A stretch of DNA of 58,474 nt, filler included, from Bipalium vagum (lineage: Eukaryota), in the NCBI GenBank assembly GCA_037834085.1. It is 3 parts of 3 records of this genome, joined end to end, with 100 filler letters (N's around TTAATTAATTAA, not from the genome) between each part and the next. Parts side by side here need not be neighbours in the genome. Positions count along the whole stretch, not along the records: positions 36,346 to 58,474 come from JBBMKC010226547.1; 2 more parts are not named here. The stretch is one strand, 5' to 3'. Every line of letters starts with the position of its first letter. Position 1 is the first letter of the stretch. Below, one piece after another: positions 39,668-53,530 of this stretch. The position numbers and the translations under genes are program-made. Below the pieces are notes generated by a model. It was not told the DNA's origin. It ran no database searches and was given only the letters and a program-made list of their open reading frames with translations.

Positions 39668-40859
39668 ATAAATCTTATTTCTTATTTGATTATTAATGTA
39701 ATAATAAAAGATAATTTTAAATTAAAAATTATTTCATTTTCAAGTTATTATTATTTAGAAAACTTAAGCTGTCTATTATTTGATGTCCTTCAACAATATT
39801 TGATTTTAAATGTTCTTATACGTCTTTTAATTGTTTAACTTGGTTTTTAATTTTATTTTTCGTCTTAGTTCACTATCCTCTTTTATTTTATTTATAATTA
39901 TTTATTTTATTTATAATTATTTATTTTATTTTTAATAAAATCTTTATTAAAAACATTTTTATTATCAATATATACACTATTAATAAAACACTCAAATTAT
40001 TCCATTTATTCCTTAACATATTTATCTTTTATATGAATTTATAAATTTTTTAATTAATCTGCTGCCTCAATTTTAAATTCCTCGAATATAGTCCGCTTTA
40101 ATTTTTTGAAATTTTAAAAAACAATATAAATGAAATTTTTTTGTAAACAAAATTTGAATAAATCAATTATTTTAATACTGTGTCAGTAATGTAGTAATGT
40201 AAAGATCATGTAATGCAATATGATACAACCGGAATGTGATAGATATAAAATAATGAATATTTTATTTAAATGTAGAAATGTAAAAAACCTACTTTAAAAC
40301 ATAAAATAAATATTTTAAAAATTGAAAAATACAAAATTTAACATAAATATTTATATTTTAATGCAAAACCTAAATATATTTTTATAACCTGGGAAATACT
40401 AAACCGATTTTGATGACCTTTATATCAAATTGAAGGTGAATTAATTTTTTTATTATTAAATCAATTTTAAAAAGAATATTTCTGTAATTTAGAAGTGAAA
40501 GCTTTATATTTTGTCTTTACTTCTTTCAAAGCAGTAAAACTTTGAATTCTTTTGGGCATGGGCAAAAATAATGTAATAAAATGTTTCAGTGCGATTCCAT
40601 CCAAAACATTATCAACAGTTCTCCAAATTAATCATATTTTATGGATTTTGTGGTTCTACTTCTAAGTACAATAATCAGATCTAATTAATTAGTTTTCTCT
40701 TACGAAGATCTGTAATATTTTTACTGAATAGGATTAATTGATTACTTCCTGCTTCAATTTCAATTTCCACACTTGAGTATTCGAAGTAAAAGAACATCTG
40801 GTTTTATGACATTATATTATATATAATAGAATTAAAATAATTAAGTCTAGTTGACTAAA

Positions 40860-41365
40860 TAAGAATTTCATAGAATTTAGCTTGAAAACAAAAAATATCA
40901 AAAGAGGAATAAGAACAATATACTTTTACAAATTAAAAAATTGGTGTATTGCAGCAATAAAAGATCGATATTTCAACAGTTTTGAGGAGAGAGTATTGTT
41001 AACGAATCCATAGCTCAACGTTGGATCAAAATATTCAGAAATGAAGATATTGGCCTCAACAAAAATGTCTTTTTACATTGGCTTCCATGCCTGTTATCCG
41101 ATTCCAATTTCCATAAATGCCAACCAACTCAATTCACAAAAAAGAAATTATTTTATTTTAGAATAATTTATACTATTATTAATATTTTTCGGATCTCGAA
41201 CAACCTTGATTCAAAGACGTGTCTTCGACGAACCCAATAATATGGTGGATGAGAAAGATTTTCATAATCATATTTTCTGAAGGTCATCATATTTTGATGA
41301 GTAAAGCTTATTTTTTAAAAACTTAGTGTTTTAAAAATCTGCATTAATTTTGCACGAATCTTATG
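40860..41365 (+). mobile_element. Mariner deletion relic
   Basis: NESIAQRWIKIFRNEDIGL (mariner HTH, xxxTxQRWFxxFRxGDxxL) and a C-terminal SEGHHILMS/YFDE-like fragment. Confidence 0.5.
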
Positions 41366-43809
41366 TATTTCTTATTATAAATTGGTGAACTGACAAATAA
41401 TAATTTGAAGCAACAAAAATTTATAATATTTTAATGAGCTTAGTGTTTTTAATGATATTAAAGTAAAAAGATTATACAATTATTAATAAAATCAAATTCT
41501 CACACAAGTTTCAAAATACACCGAAATAATTAAAATAGATATAAAAAACAATACGCTCACTAATTGACCAACCACCAGCTCCAGTATCATTATCACTAAT
41601 GTATTGTCAACAATTTCAAATATTGCAGCGCTTTCAAATATTTTAACCAGTTTCAAATGTTTCCCCCAAATTTAATTATATTAAAATGATTTTTTCTATT
41701 TTTGCAATTTAAAAATATACGTTGTAAAGCAAAAATTAAACTTATGGAATTCCACGATAATTTAGATTATTATTTTTACCTCTGTCTAAATTACCTCTAT
41801 ATGATAAATTCATAAAGGATTACGCCATGCATTACACATTTCACAAAATATGTTCCTGTAACGATTTTAAATTCCTGATTATTGCCAAATAATTTATTTT
41901 TTGAAGATCAAACTAAATTACGTAGTTGAATAATAGGGACCATTAATAAAGCACGGTTCTTTTTAATTTACTTAAAATATTGTAAATTATTATATTATTT
42001 TGGTAAATGAAAATTTACATTGACTAGTACAATAAAACGTATAATTTTAAAAATCGATTGATTTAGTAGTACTCTTATTAGTATAATTGAATTCTTTAGT
42101 ATAAGTAAGAACACAGACATTTTTTTGTTTTAAAATTTACGTAAGTCTTCTGAAGATATGCCGTAACTTTTCTTCTGTCAAAAGCTTTCGGTCCCTTCAT
42201 TGTTTCTTGAGGTTTAAAGGGTTTTTTTTTTTGGATGAAAAATACACAAAATAGGAAATATTTTAATCTTAATGGAAGTTAAAAATTTTAAATGAAATTT
42301 TTACATGAGAGAGTTTTTTGCCTACTTCTCAGTTATTCTTTTAATACTATGAACTTTTTTTCTTGATATCGTGATAGAACATTAAATGGATTTATTTGGT
42401 TTTACAATAAGATTTTTCTTCTTGTAGCTGGACCATATACTGTCTAAATAAAACAAATTCTACCAAAGTAATATATATCAATCTTTATGTTTTCAATAAA
42501 ACATTTATTGTTTCTGATTTTCTTCATTATTGTTGTCTTAAACTAATTTATGTAATTTAACATTCCTATTGAGAAATTATGGCTATATATCAATTAATCT
42601 TTGGACAGCATGTCCAATCTTTCTTAATTTTGGCATATATTTCTTCTAAAACCCGAAATTTTTGATTCTTATAATTTTTGCTATTTGATTTATATGCCTC
42701 AATTCCTATATTTTATTTTTGTAGTTACTAAATTGGTGTTTAAATTTTTCTTTATTAATATCTTGTGACTAACGAAATCTTTGACAGCATTTATTAATTC
42801 AAATTTTCCGTCATTCGTCCATTATTGCTTCAAGATCGCAAACCGTGTACCCAGTTCGCGGTCACTGGGTCTACTGAAAGTCTTCGGTGGGTTATCGGGA
42901 TAATGGTTGAATATTATGTTCAGTAATCTAGAGTAGTTAATAGTCCACGTGTTTCGCTTTGGAGTATAAAGGAGTATCAAAGTTCATAAGTTATAATGCG
43001 AGGCTTAGTGTATTTATCTATCAAATCACCCAGCTGCTTAAAAATTATAAAAATATATCTGGTGATTCGTAAATGCGAGAACAACGCCAGATTTGTTCTG
43101 ACTATAATTGAAGTAGTTTGAAGAGCACATCATGAACATGCTATATCATGCAAATGGAACTTAAAATGAAATTTCTATATACTTAAATATAAAGCGACCA
43201 GTAAAAATTTATTTTGTTAATACCTTATTACAACACTAAGTTTTATTTAAAACATAACTTTAATACAACTATAATTTCCCTAATGAAGTATAAGTAACGG
43301 ACTAAATCTTCTATAAATTTAGGAATTCAAAATACATTACTTTATTCGCTAATTTTTGAGTAAAAAATAACACTTTCACCTTAGCTTATAGCATCTATTT
43401 TGAATTAAGGCCTCTAATAGGATTGTTAAGTTGTAAATCATGACATTAAAGATAAAACATCAAATTTATTTTTGCTAAGGAATAAAATGTTTAATGTGAA
43501 TTTATAGAAACAATCTACTGACTAAAAATCATCAGATGTCATAAAAAGTAATTATAAATTCTAAAATTAAATTACAATTAATAATAATGGTAATTTTTGA
43601 TAAGATTGAGAAAAATAATTTTCTAAATCCTATTTTAGGTAGAGTACATAAAAAGAGAAAATTATAGAGAACTAGTTTAAATGATTCTTAGTTCCTGGGA
43701 TTTACATCAAATATTTAATTTAATTTAAAGGAGATTTACTAGCTCTTAAGATACTGGGCGAGTAACAAACCTACCTCATACCATCGTAAAAAAATTATAC
43801 TAAACAGTT

Positions 43810-44468
43810 ACAGGGTTATTCAATTTAATAAGTGTCTATTTTTTACAAATTTTTAGAAAAATATATCAATACATTTATTTAAAAATTGTTTTTGACGAGC
43901 CTTCTCCACCCAACAAGCCATTGAAGTATAGAAACCGCTACATTGAGAACTATAATCAATACTCGAAGGTACAGTCTCCAAAACTTGTTCTATAGTCATT
44001 CCAGGATATGATCGAACTTCACAATGTTCAAATACCTTGTCAGGCATTTCTTTTTGTATTCTGCATTATCTTTCACTGCATTTGTAAAAAGGTGCTGCTC
44101 TATAGTATTGAAACTTTTATTTCGTTCTATGCAAGTTTGTACTCGCAACTCAGAATGATACATTTGGTGTATTATTATGTAACGGATAGGGTAAAAAAAT
44201 GTGCAATACAGGATACTGTTATATCATTTTTCGTAATCAGAAAATTCAAATCGCTAATACATCAACAGTGTTATTCCTTTTTAAAATAATCCTGTTGTAC
44301 TTGCTGACAGAGAACAAATCTTACAGGTTGACGAATCCTTTTTCAAAATTTAGTCTAAATGATTGAGGAGAAATTATGGTACTGGGTTGGAAGCATGGGG
44401 ACAACAATTTTTGAAAATTTCAAAAGTGCAATTTAATTTAATAAAACCTAATAAATTGAATAATGACA
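43810..44468 (-). mobile_element. Decayed Tc1/mariner-type element
   Basis: TIR pair TA-CAGGGTTATTCAATTTAATAAG / ctaataaattgaataatgac. The internal - frame VPSSIDYSSQ...CWVEKA loosely resembles the PxSPDLNP..W motif. Confidence 0.45.
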
Positions 44469-47329
44469 TTTATAACTTTAGATCCTGGTATAACCAAACG
44501 CGATTCTATCTTTGATTATTTTCGGAAATACGTGGAAATGAAATTTTTTCAATCGATAGTGTATAAATGAATAAATAAGACGAACAATTTCTACCACAAT
44601 TTTAAAATATCAAATTTTTGGTATTTCTTTATGAAAAAATATAATAAATAAATAAATATAAATAAAAATATAATAATATAAATAAGTAAATGAAAAATGT
44701 AAATCTAGATTATTTAAATCAATAAAAAATAATTTGGTTATCAATTATTAATAGAATGTAGATTTATTCATCCTTTAAAAATTTCTTTAAAAACTAAAAT
44801 AAAGAAATAAAATAAATTTATTCAACCAGAAACAATAATTAAAGAACATAACATTAATAAATAGTTAGAACAATTAAAATTTGTGACTACAGTATCAATC
44901 CAATTTGATATATTTAAATATCAAAATTTGTTGGATTTCCTTATAACTTATTTTTATCATTTTATTTAATAAATACAATCAAAAGTAATATTTTATTTAT
45001 AATTTATTATATTACCTTCTAGCAGAAAATGTCAGATAGTGTTAATATGTATGAAAAATATTTTCCATAATATTGATAGACAAAACAATATTTTGTATAA
45101 TGAAAAATGAAGTGTATAATGAAAATATAATTAAATGGGAACATTTAACCTTTAAATCAAATCAAGATATTAAATATTATTTGTCATTAAAGTCAATCTT
45201 AACATTTTCTCGTTTATCAAAACATTTTTCAATATAAAATCACAAATCATTGACATTATTAATTTGTTATGCTAGTTTATGTTTAACATTCCGAAAATTT
45301 GTTTTTAGGAATAAGTTGAAATTTCATTGTTCATATGATGATGGTAAAGTAGGTAAGGACAAAGTAGAGATAAATTTTATAGAAGGCCAGACAAAATTAT
45401 ACGATTTAAGTATTTTAAAAGTTGAATGTAAATTGGAACATAAAATTGACGAAATTCCCAGACAGTCCGATTTATCAATTATAATTCTGCAGGGATAGAA
45501 CTGCAATATCCGGGTTTTGAGAAAATCGACTCGCACTAGCCCGCTGAATCACTTCTAAAAAAAGCAACTGATACTAATAAGGATAATGATAACGAAAACA
45601 GTAATGATTAAAATGATAATAATCGATCGATATAAACACAAATGAAAAAAATAATATCAATGCATATAAATTTTAAATTAACAAACAAAAGTTTACAGTA
45701 TTATAAGAGAAATAAAAGAAAATTATGTCTCTGCAGACTAGGGAACATGAACCAGGCGCCTAGACTAACCACAAGATCCCCTATTGATCATTTTCATTCA
45801 CTATTTTCATTTTTCATATTAATTATTTCATTCTATTTTTGATAACCTTAAATTTTTATTTTACAAAAACAATTCTGACGTAATAATAAAAATAATAAAA
45901 AAGCGTTAATTAATAGAAATAATATTGTTAATTTTAAAGATTGAATTATGTTTAATGCTGCTGAGATGCTTCGAACAATTTTTCCTAAAAGAGCTTAAGT
46001 AGTTTTCTTTTAACTATTAATGGTTTAGAAATTAATTATGTTTCTTTCAACATAAATAACTGAAAGGAAAATTAAATTCTTTGAGTGACAGGAGAGGAGA
46101 ATATTCTCTTTTTTCTGGATCAATTAAATTTTTTTATGCTGTTAAGTTGACTTAAAGGCTTAACACCAAGGATGGATACTACAGCTGTCAAATGACCAGC
46201 CCTTATTAGGGTATCAATAAATGTGAATAAAGGACTTTCTACTGGTTGGAATTTAGTAATTGCATAACCATCCAATATCTAATACTAACTTTTGCATAAA
46301 GAACTAGGCATTCAACTTTCTAAGCCCTGTCAAATTAAGGAAATTTTGACCTAATGTCTTACTAGACCCTTCAATAAGATTCCCTGATGTTTCCTGATCG
46401 ACCCACCTAAATATCACGTGTGCCCATCTATGGCATATTATGGCTAATGATAATGCTGCAGTCCGGATTCGATATTTGAGTACAGGAAGTAGCTCTCTTA
46501 GATCAAACCCGTTATAGGAAGCAGATGATGATAAGTAATATTTATTATTACAACAATGTCTGTACAGTAAGAACACTCTGAATCATAATTTATCTGATGA
46601 TCAATGCTAAGACGAATTCGGTTAATTGCACTTAAGAAAACAGTGTAAACTTCTTTGATTTAGCGTAAGCTAGAGCTGTGTCTGAATTTAAACTCAACCC
46701 GGTGGAAATATTCAGGGCACCATTACCTATAACCGCGAAGTCTCATCAGTTAATCGAAGTGATATTGAACCGCCAACAATGGTTGGAGCACTTAATTTTA
46801 TTTCACTTTATTTCATTTAATTATTTAAACTGATTCGACGGCATTTAAATCAATGAGATGCTTACATTTTATTGATCAATTTATTAATTAAATTCGTAAT
46901 TATTTTCATAGATTAAAAATTTAATGAGTTCTGTATTCAGTAAAGAGCTTGTGAGATTGTATCATATGCATTTATGATATTAAAAAAGTATTCTAGAATA
47001 TTCTTCACATTTCCATGTTTTGGAATTTTCATATTTTTTGACTCATTTTTGATTTATTAAAGGTATTAAAAATTATTTCATTATGAAAGAAATCATTTTT
47101 CATTTGTTAAAAATATTAAAGGTTTTTACTTCAAAATTTGAGGTTACATGAAAATAATTTTTTTCATTAAACGTTTTAATTATCTTTATAAATTTTTTTG
47201 ATTAAATTTTTAAAATATTAATGAAATCTATTAGTAGTATGTATAATCATAAATGCGATAAAGCGACAACTAATTTTAAAGTTAAAATATGTTTAAAAAG
47301 ATTTTTTATCATAATTAAATGTATTAATG

Positions 47330-47742
47330 TTAGGTGTAGCAGTTAATTCTGCGGATTTTTTTTCTTCTAATTCCGCATCTTAAAATTTTTTTGGTTGATC
47401 CGGGCGTTCCTTATCTTTGAGATCATAATTGCTTAAACTTAGCGTTCGCAATTGTCTGCCGATGGAAAATGATCATCCGAAGCTCCTCGAAATATAATAC
47501 AGATTTTTGCAGCGGTTTTCTTTATATTGAATAATAACAGCATAAAATGCCGCAAATGTTCTTTCATTGGCTCATACATTGACATCTAGATTATTAAATA
47601 TATTTGGACAATTTTAATTTAACCTTTAGAAAGCTTGATTAAAACAATTACTAAAATAATAACGAAAATTCATTAAATAGATATATACAAGAAATAAATA
47701 TTTACATTTTAAAAAATCCGCAGTATTAACTGCCACACATAA
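47330..47742 (-). mobile_element. Internally deleted mariner (MITE-like)
   Basis: TIRs ttaggtgtagcagttaattctgcggattt / aaatccgcagtattaactgccacacataa. The - frame MYEPMKEHLRHFMLLLFNIKKTAAK is a typical mariner N-terminus. Confidence 0.85.
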
Positions 47743-49539
47743 TTAGTAAATAAATTGAATAAATGATAAAAATGAAAAGGCTACAAGGACTCCAAATCTT
47801 ATATTAAAATTTTTCATTTTTAAAGACTAAGGTCACCTCTTGGGCCAGGTTTATCATTGTATATTTTACCGATAATAACCTGCCTGGTTAATATTAAAAT
47901 ATTAGCATTTTTTTATTAGGTCTTATTTCAATTTTCAGTTATTTGCGGTTATGTAAAAATTAAGATTTGTAATAGAATTTTATAAAATAAAATATTCTGT
48001 AATTAAAAAAATTTAATATAAATATTTTGTTTTTAATTAAATCACGTACCTAAACCACAATAAAAGAAAGTGAGTCAGATTAAGCATAGCTGGTTAATAT
48101 TAAAATTTTCAATTAATTAGTTTTTGTCAAAATATTTTTAAAAAATTACTTTGGTGAGGCTAGAAGTTTTAATAATAGTTATAAATAACAAAAATTCTAA
48201 AAAATCAATACAAAAAATAATAAAAATGGTCCTTTAAACTTCTAAATTGAGTATCGCGTCTAAAACTGTTGAACTCTGCCTGACAAGGAAATATTATCAA
48301 CTGATATTATTGATAATATATTTTTTGCATCTTTTCTAACTTCTATTACTAAGAATATATCAGTTTCTTAAGGTAATTCAAGTCTTCATTTTTATATATT
48401 TTTTCATGTGAATGAGGTTTTGATTAAAAATTGATTCCAATCTTCCGAGTTCAGCCTTCAATTGAAGGAAATTTGATTTATATCCAGACTGTACTAGATT
48501 ATCACAATTCATTTGAATATGGTAGTAAACTAAAATAATATGTTCTTTTAATGCTTGTTTTATAATGATGAAATTAGAAAATGGAAATTAGAAATAGCAG
48601 ATGGCACTGTAGATGATCTAAAATGTCATTTAAACTTTATTGTCTAAGAAACGAAACTAAGAATATTTAAAAATCTAACTATTTGTCATTATTATTGCGT
48701 AGGAACAGAAATTTATAATATAGCTATTTTATTAAATTTTACTAAATATCTGTTTCAAATTTATTAAAATAGTCGAGTTATTTTAATTTTAATGATAAAT
48801 TCCGGAAAAATAAGTCGAAGAGATCTTCGTCGAGGAATCTTAAAAGTCGAAAACTACAGGGGCTATGTGAATGAATTGAACGAAATTCCAGTGAAATATG
48901 TAGAAATTTGAATGAATTTCATTTTGAATAACATTCATAGATCAGCCCAATTAATGACACATAGCTGGCTTTGTTACACAGGAATATTTAAAATTGGTTT
49001 ACAGTGCACTTTAAATCATAGATTTGAATTTTTTCGATCAAACAGACCTACTTTTAAAAATCAACAGGTCAAACCATTTTGGAGAACATTGAAAGATAAA
49101 TTTCCCAGGACTTAGATTTGATTAATAATATTAAACGATTTAAAAGTTTGCATAATTTATGACTTAAAACATCATCTGAAAATGTTGATTGAAATTAATA
49201 AAATGTTATTTATTGTGTAATATCCATTAGTAACAATCACTAACCTTTTCATGTACTATTTTTTAAATATACTTTTTAACCTCCGTTGTCATAGAATTAG
49301 ACATTTTAAACAAAAAAACCCATTTCATATTCGACTACCAAAAAATCAGATATCTAGGTTTTTTAAAAGAATTATTATTATCAAGTTCTTTACCAAGGGA
49401 AAATATTTTATTATGAAATCAGTAACTATGAATACTCAATTTTTCAAAGCATTTTTATTAATAAATAATACTATAACAATACCACAAAAATATAGTTCGA
49501 GAAGTTTGAAAAGAATATTTTATTTAGTATTGTCTATCA

Positions 49540-50477
49540 TCAGACAGTTGAAAGCATTTCTGTATTCATTCTATTTATTGGAGATTCGTGCTCATTCTGA
49601 ATGTAATTCCCTCTGAATTTGAACACCAAGCTGAATCCTATCACAACAATCTCAACGAGAAAAATGAAGCACCCAATAATGACGACCCATAAATTTATCT
49701 GCTGAAAAATACTTTTTTTGATTTTTCTGTAGCAACCAAAGTCCTAAAAAAAATTTCAGAGAAGAAATAAAATGAACATTAATTACATTTTCGTTATTGC
49801 TGAAATTATTTAATGTATTTAAAAAACTCATTGCCGTTTTACAAGATCGAGGTAAATCTTCCTCGACTACTCTATAATCATTGGGATTCATGTACCCGCA
49901 GCACTGGAACTGAACAATTATAATAAAATTACATTTGTTTCACACTGAAGAATGCTTACGGAAAATTGGATAATGTCAATAGGTCGAATTATGTTGTATT
50001 TGAAGTAGTCAATCTTGTCTCTAACGCCATGAACTAAATAGTTTTTCACTTCCGGTAAAATCTAAGAACACAGGGTTAATGTGATTAATGTGATTAAAAG
50101 CCATTACTTGATAGCCTTTGCTATATATGACAGAGACTAGGACTATTTTGTATATCACAAAAAGCCCTAACAATAAAGTCGCTAAATTCAATATACAATT
50201 ACTACGTCTTTTAAGAGCAATGATAAAAACCACAGAGTTTAATATCATAAAAAGACTGTTAATAAAAAGAATAACAGGGAGAGTGATAAAGTAATCTTTT
50301 AAGGATATATTTGAGGACCAAGGTGCTGTCAAGAGAATGTATGAGGTGAACCCGAAACCAAATAGTCCTAATACCTGAATTTGAGGGACAGTAAAAATAA
50401 AATTAATATTGGAAAAGTTCACTTACCCCTTGAAAAACACTGAAAATGCCAATAGTCAATGCTATAAATAGTCTCAT
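49540..50477 (-). CDS. Tetraspanin family protein, 5 exons, 248 aa
   Basis: Exons 50477-50427, 50374-50108, 50061-49960, 49909-49787 and 49743-49540. All introns are GT-AG, phase 0, and 52/46/50/43 nt long. The product has four hydrophobic segments and an EC2 with DIIQFSFQCCG, LPRSC and DFGC, followed by TM4 (LWVVIIGCFIFLVEIVVIGFSLVF) and a short tail ending MLSTV*. Confidence 0.92.
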
Positions 50478-52723
50478 TTTATTTTATATATATAAATTAT
50501 ATAAGGTATAAAAACAAATTTTATAGATATATTAAATTGCGGAAATCTAAGCATTTTAGTTTTTCTTTATATTTTTCAATATTTATTATTTCCGTAGTTT
50601 GTCATACTATTTTGAAAATATTAAAAACTTATGTTCTCAAAGAACTTATATATTAATCAATATTTCTAAAGAAAAATGAGTAGTAGATGACGGATGAAAT
50701 TTATAACAATAGTTTCTATGTTCAGTTGACCAATAAATATTTTAAAGGAAACTTTAATAAATCATTTAAATTCTAAAAGTTATTTAGGAGTATTTAGTAA
50801 TCAATATAAAATGGTTAAAATTTTTCATTTTGAATTGATTTTGTTTTTAAAACTCAAAAACCTTTATTATCTCATTAGAGATAGAAAGCGTTTACTGAAT
50901 TTAGGTAAAGATACATTATAATTTATTTGAAGAAATTCCAAGAAACGCGACTGTATATAATTAATCTTGTGAAAAATCAATATAATTTTCAAGTAAACAC
51001 ATTTTATCAATTGACAAAAATTATTTAAATATTATTATGATACATGTTTCGAACTTTTTGTCGGTTTTTCATCAGTCATTAATATTTGATATTATGCATC
51101 TAAATATAATGATCTGATTTATAATTACAATTCTTATTGAAGAAAACTAATTAATCTTTAAATATAAAGAAAAGTTAGCAAAGGCTTACTCTTTTGGTTG
51201 GGGGTAAACATGAATGGCAGCGAGAGTTTTCCTTTTCTGATTGATGCCTCAAGAGGACCTCTTGCCTTCAAGAATAGGAGATTTCGGTCGTGTACAAGAC
51301 GAACTAGAAGGATTGATTCAAAGAATTATAGAGAAGCTCCTGCTACACTGCCTACTTGAGGCCATGGATGAGAAAAAAGTTCAAGTTTACGTTGCTTGAC
51401 GCTTTTCACGCTAACCGGTGTGCTTGGTTTTAGCTGAAAATACTTGATAGATTTTGTCTGATAAGTAACTTAAGAAAATAAATCAGATTTTACACTTCCC
51501 CGCTACTAAGTCATTCTTGCTCGATCACGACATGGGGCATAGTAACGAGTTTTTACTGTAACTTGAAAAGTAATTCTTTTGCTTCTGGATTACATATTTT
51601 GGGTTCGCCAAAGGCACAAATCATAGACGCTGGAAACCACCAATTGTTTAATATTATTAATACTATTGATAAGAAAAGGAAGAAAATTACTTTTAAGAAA
51701 AGAATTAATTAATAGTAATAGTAATTTATAAAATTATCTCGTTTTGTATTTTAAGTCACTCTCGGTGATTTCGGTCATTATTTTTTTAGGAAAAATTTAT
51801 CAATAATATTTTTTTTGATTTTATTCCTAAAATTCTAATTGCAAAAAATTTTAGTTTTGCATTAATGATGCTGAAATTAAGGTTCATGTCTTAGAAAGAG
51901 ATATCTCAGAGTTTATCTCATGTTCACAGAAAGGGATAAATTCATTTGAAAATTTTCATATATTTATAATATAAAATATTGATATGCAATGTAATTAATT
52001 ATAAATCTAAAGCTGAAGTAATCAAGAGTGCTCAATATTTTATTTTAAAAAATCTGTTATGGTTGATTTGATTCAACAAAGTAAACTTTGTTGATTTTTT
52101 TCAAACCAATTAATACATGTATGTTATAAAAATTGTTATAATAAATGTTAGTTTCTATATAAAATGACTGAAACTTTAAGGACGGGTTATTTCTGGTCAC
52201 CCTGTAAACAGCCAAAACGGGTTTCTAAAAATGTTAAATTTTTTATGTAGTTCTTTTATTATTATATAAAAGTATCAAATGTATCCAGAAGAAATAATTA
52301 TATTCTAAATTTTAATTTATGTCATCTTCATTTTGATTTTGTTGGTTGACAGCCTCTTGTGGAGATATTAAAGAGAATCTCATTCTTGAAAAAATCAGGT
52401 TTCTTTCAATATTATTAGTTTCTTTTTTTCTTTCTGTATTTTCACACCTTGAGATAATTCTTCTAGTTCTTGTTAAAGGTTCTTTTTATCAATTAATATA
52501 ACTGCTTATAATATAATTCTTCTTGTTGCAATTCATTTATAATCCAAAATTAATTAAATAAGATTTAATAACTATTTTTACTATTATTTGATTTGGATAG
52601 AAAAATTCGACAACAGTCATCTTCAGCAGAGTCTTTGGTAGACACAAGTACAATGGCTTGCAATAACACCTGAAATTCTACGGAAATTGCTCAATCGTAT
52701 TCCAATGATTTGTATAGGTCTTA

Positions 52724-53530
52724 TTAAAAATCACGGAGGCTACTTTGATCAATATTCTGCTGCGGTATGTTTCCAGTCGTTCCTTCAGCGGCCTCCTTGA
52801 TTCTTGGGATCCTTGGTGTTTTCCTTACACTAGCAGACCTGGCAATATTATCACCACTAGTTTCTTGATGGGCACATTTCTGGAACATTGGTAAACCCCC
52901 ATTCATCACAAATATCCCTTAACAATGAATCGTCTTTCTCAAAAGGGATATGCTGCCAATTATCAGTTCATAGTTTGTTAAAAAACTAGGAGTTCGGTCA
53001 ATCGTAAAGAATTGCTGTAATGCTGGTATTCTGTTCAGCCAGCCTTTGATAATATTTGTAATAAATGTATTGAGAGTAAAGATGCCAATTTTGCGTACTA
53101 AATCAGCATCTGTTTTTTCGCGGCTTCCAACCATCAGAACTGGGATATACATTACTCAAAAAAGGTAGTCGAAATAAATCACCTCATCTTCATAATCGAT
53201 AATATATTAGCAATATGCAAACACATCCTTATAAAAGAATGAGTCTGTGCGGTAAAAACCAGTGGGTAGCTTCTCGTCCTGGATAGCAAATTGGACTTCC
53301 CGAATTGTCTTATACTTCTTGAAAACTTCCTCGAACGTTAAATCGAAGCGATATTTATTTTCCAGCTCAAGGATACGTAGACTATCTTGCATTAAAATAA
53401 ACTTAAGTTGCTCGAGTGTATCACGCTTCTCGTCTTCACTTCATCTGATCTCATATTTGGAGTCATGATTAAATTTCAATGGTAACATCTCTTCTCTGAT
53501 GTACTGTGTGATGTATAAAAGAGAAATGTA
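52724..53530 (-). pseudogene. Intronless decayed reading frame of unknown origin (~270 codons, 4 in-frame stops), possibly viral
   Basis: The three track ORFs 53207-53392, 52919-53152 and 52724-52909 share one frame, which extends upstream to ~53530. Internal stops: TGA 53441, TAA 53207, TGA 53156 and TAA 52919. Confidence 0.55.

Noticed and set aside
41550-41675. Kinase-like - frame KHLKLVKIFES...VIMILELVVGQL followed by gtgagc
   Set aside because: No good acceptor, and no other kinase subdomains (HRD, DFG) nearby.
42850-42871. Hairpin ACCCAGT-N8-ACTGGGT
   Set aside because: A 7-bp stem is expected by chance, and there is no Helitron CTRR end or ncRNA context.
45250-45600. Overlapping ORFs on both strands (45250+, 45324-)
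   Set aside because: No recognisable domain or consistent exon chain; possibly decayed coding sequence.
20747-50477. Nuclear stop-codon reassignment in the host
   Set aside because: All reconstructed anosmin and tetraspanin exons are open in the standard code, and in-frame stops occur only in decayed elements.
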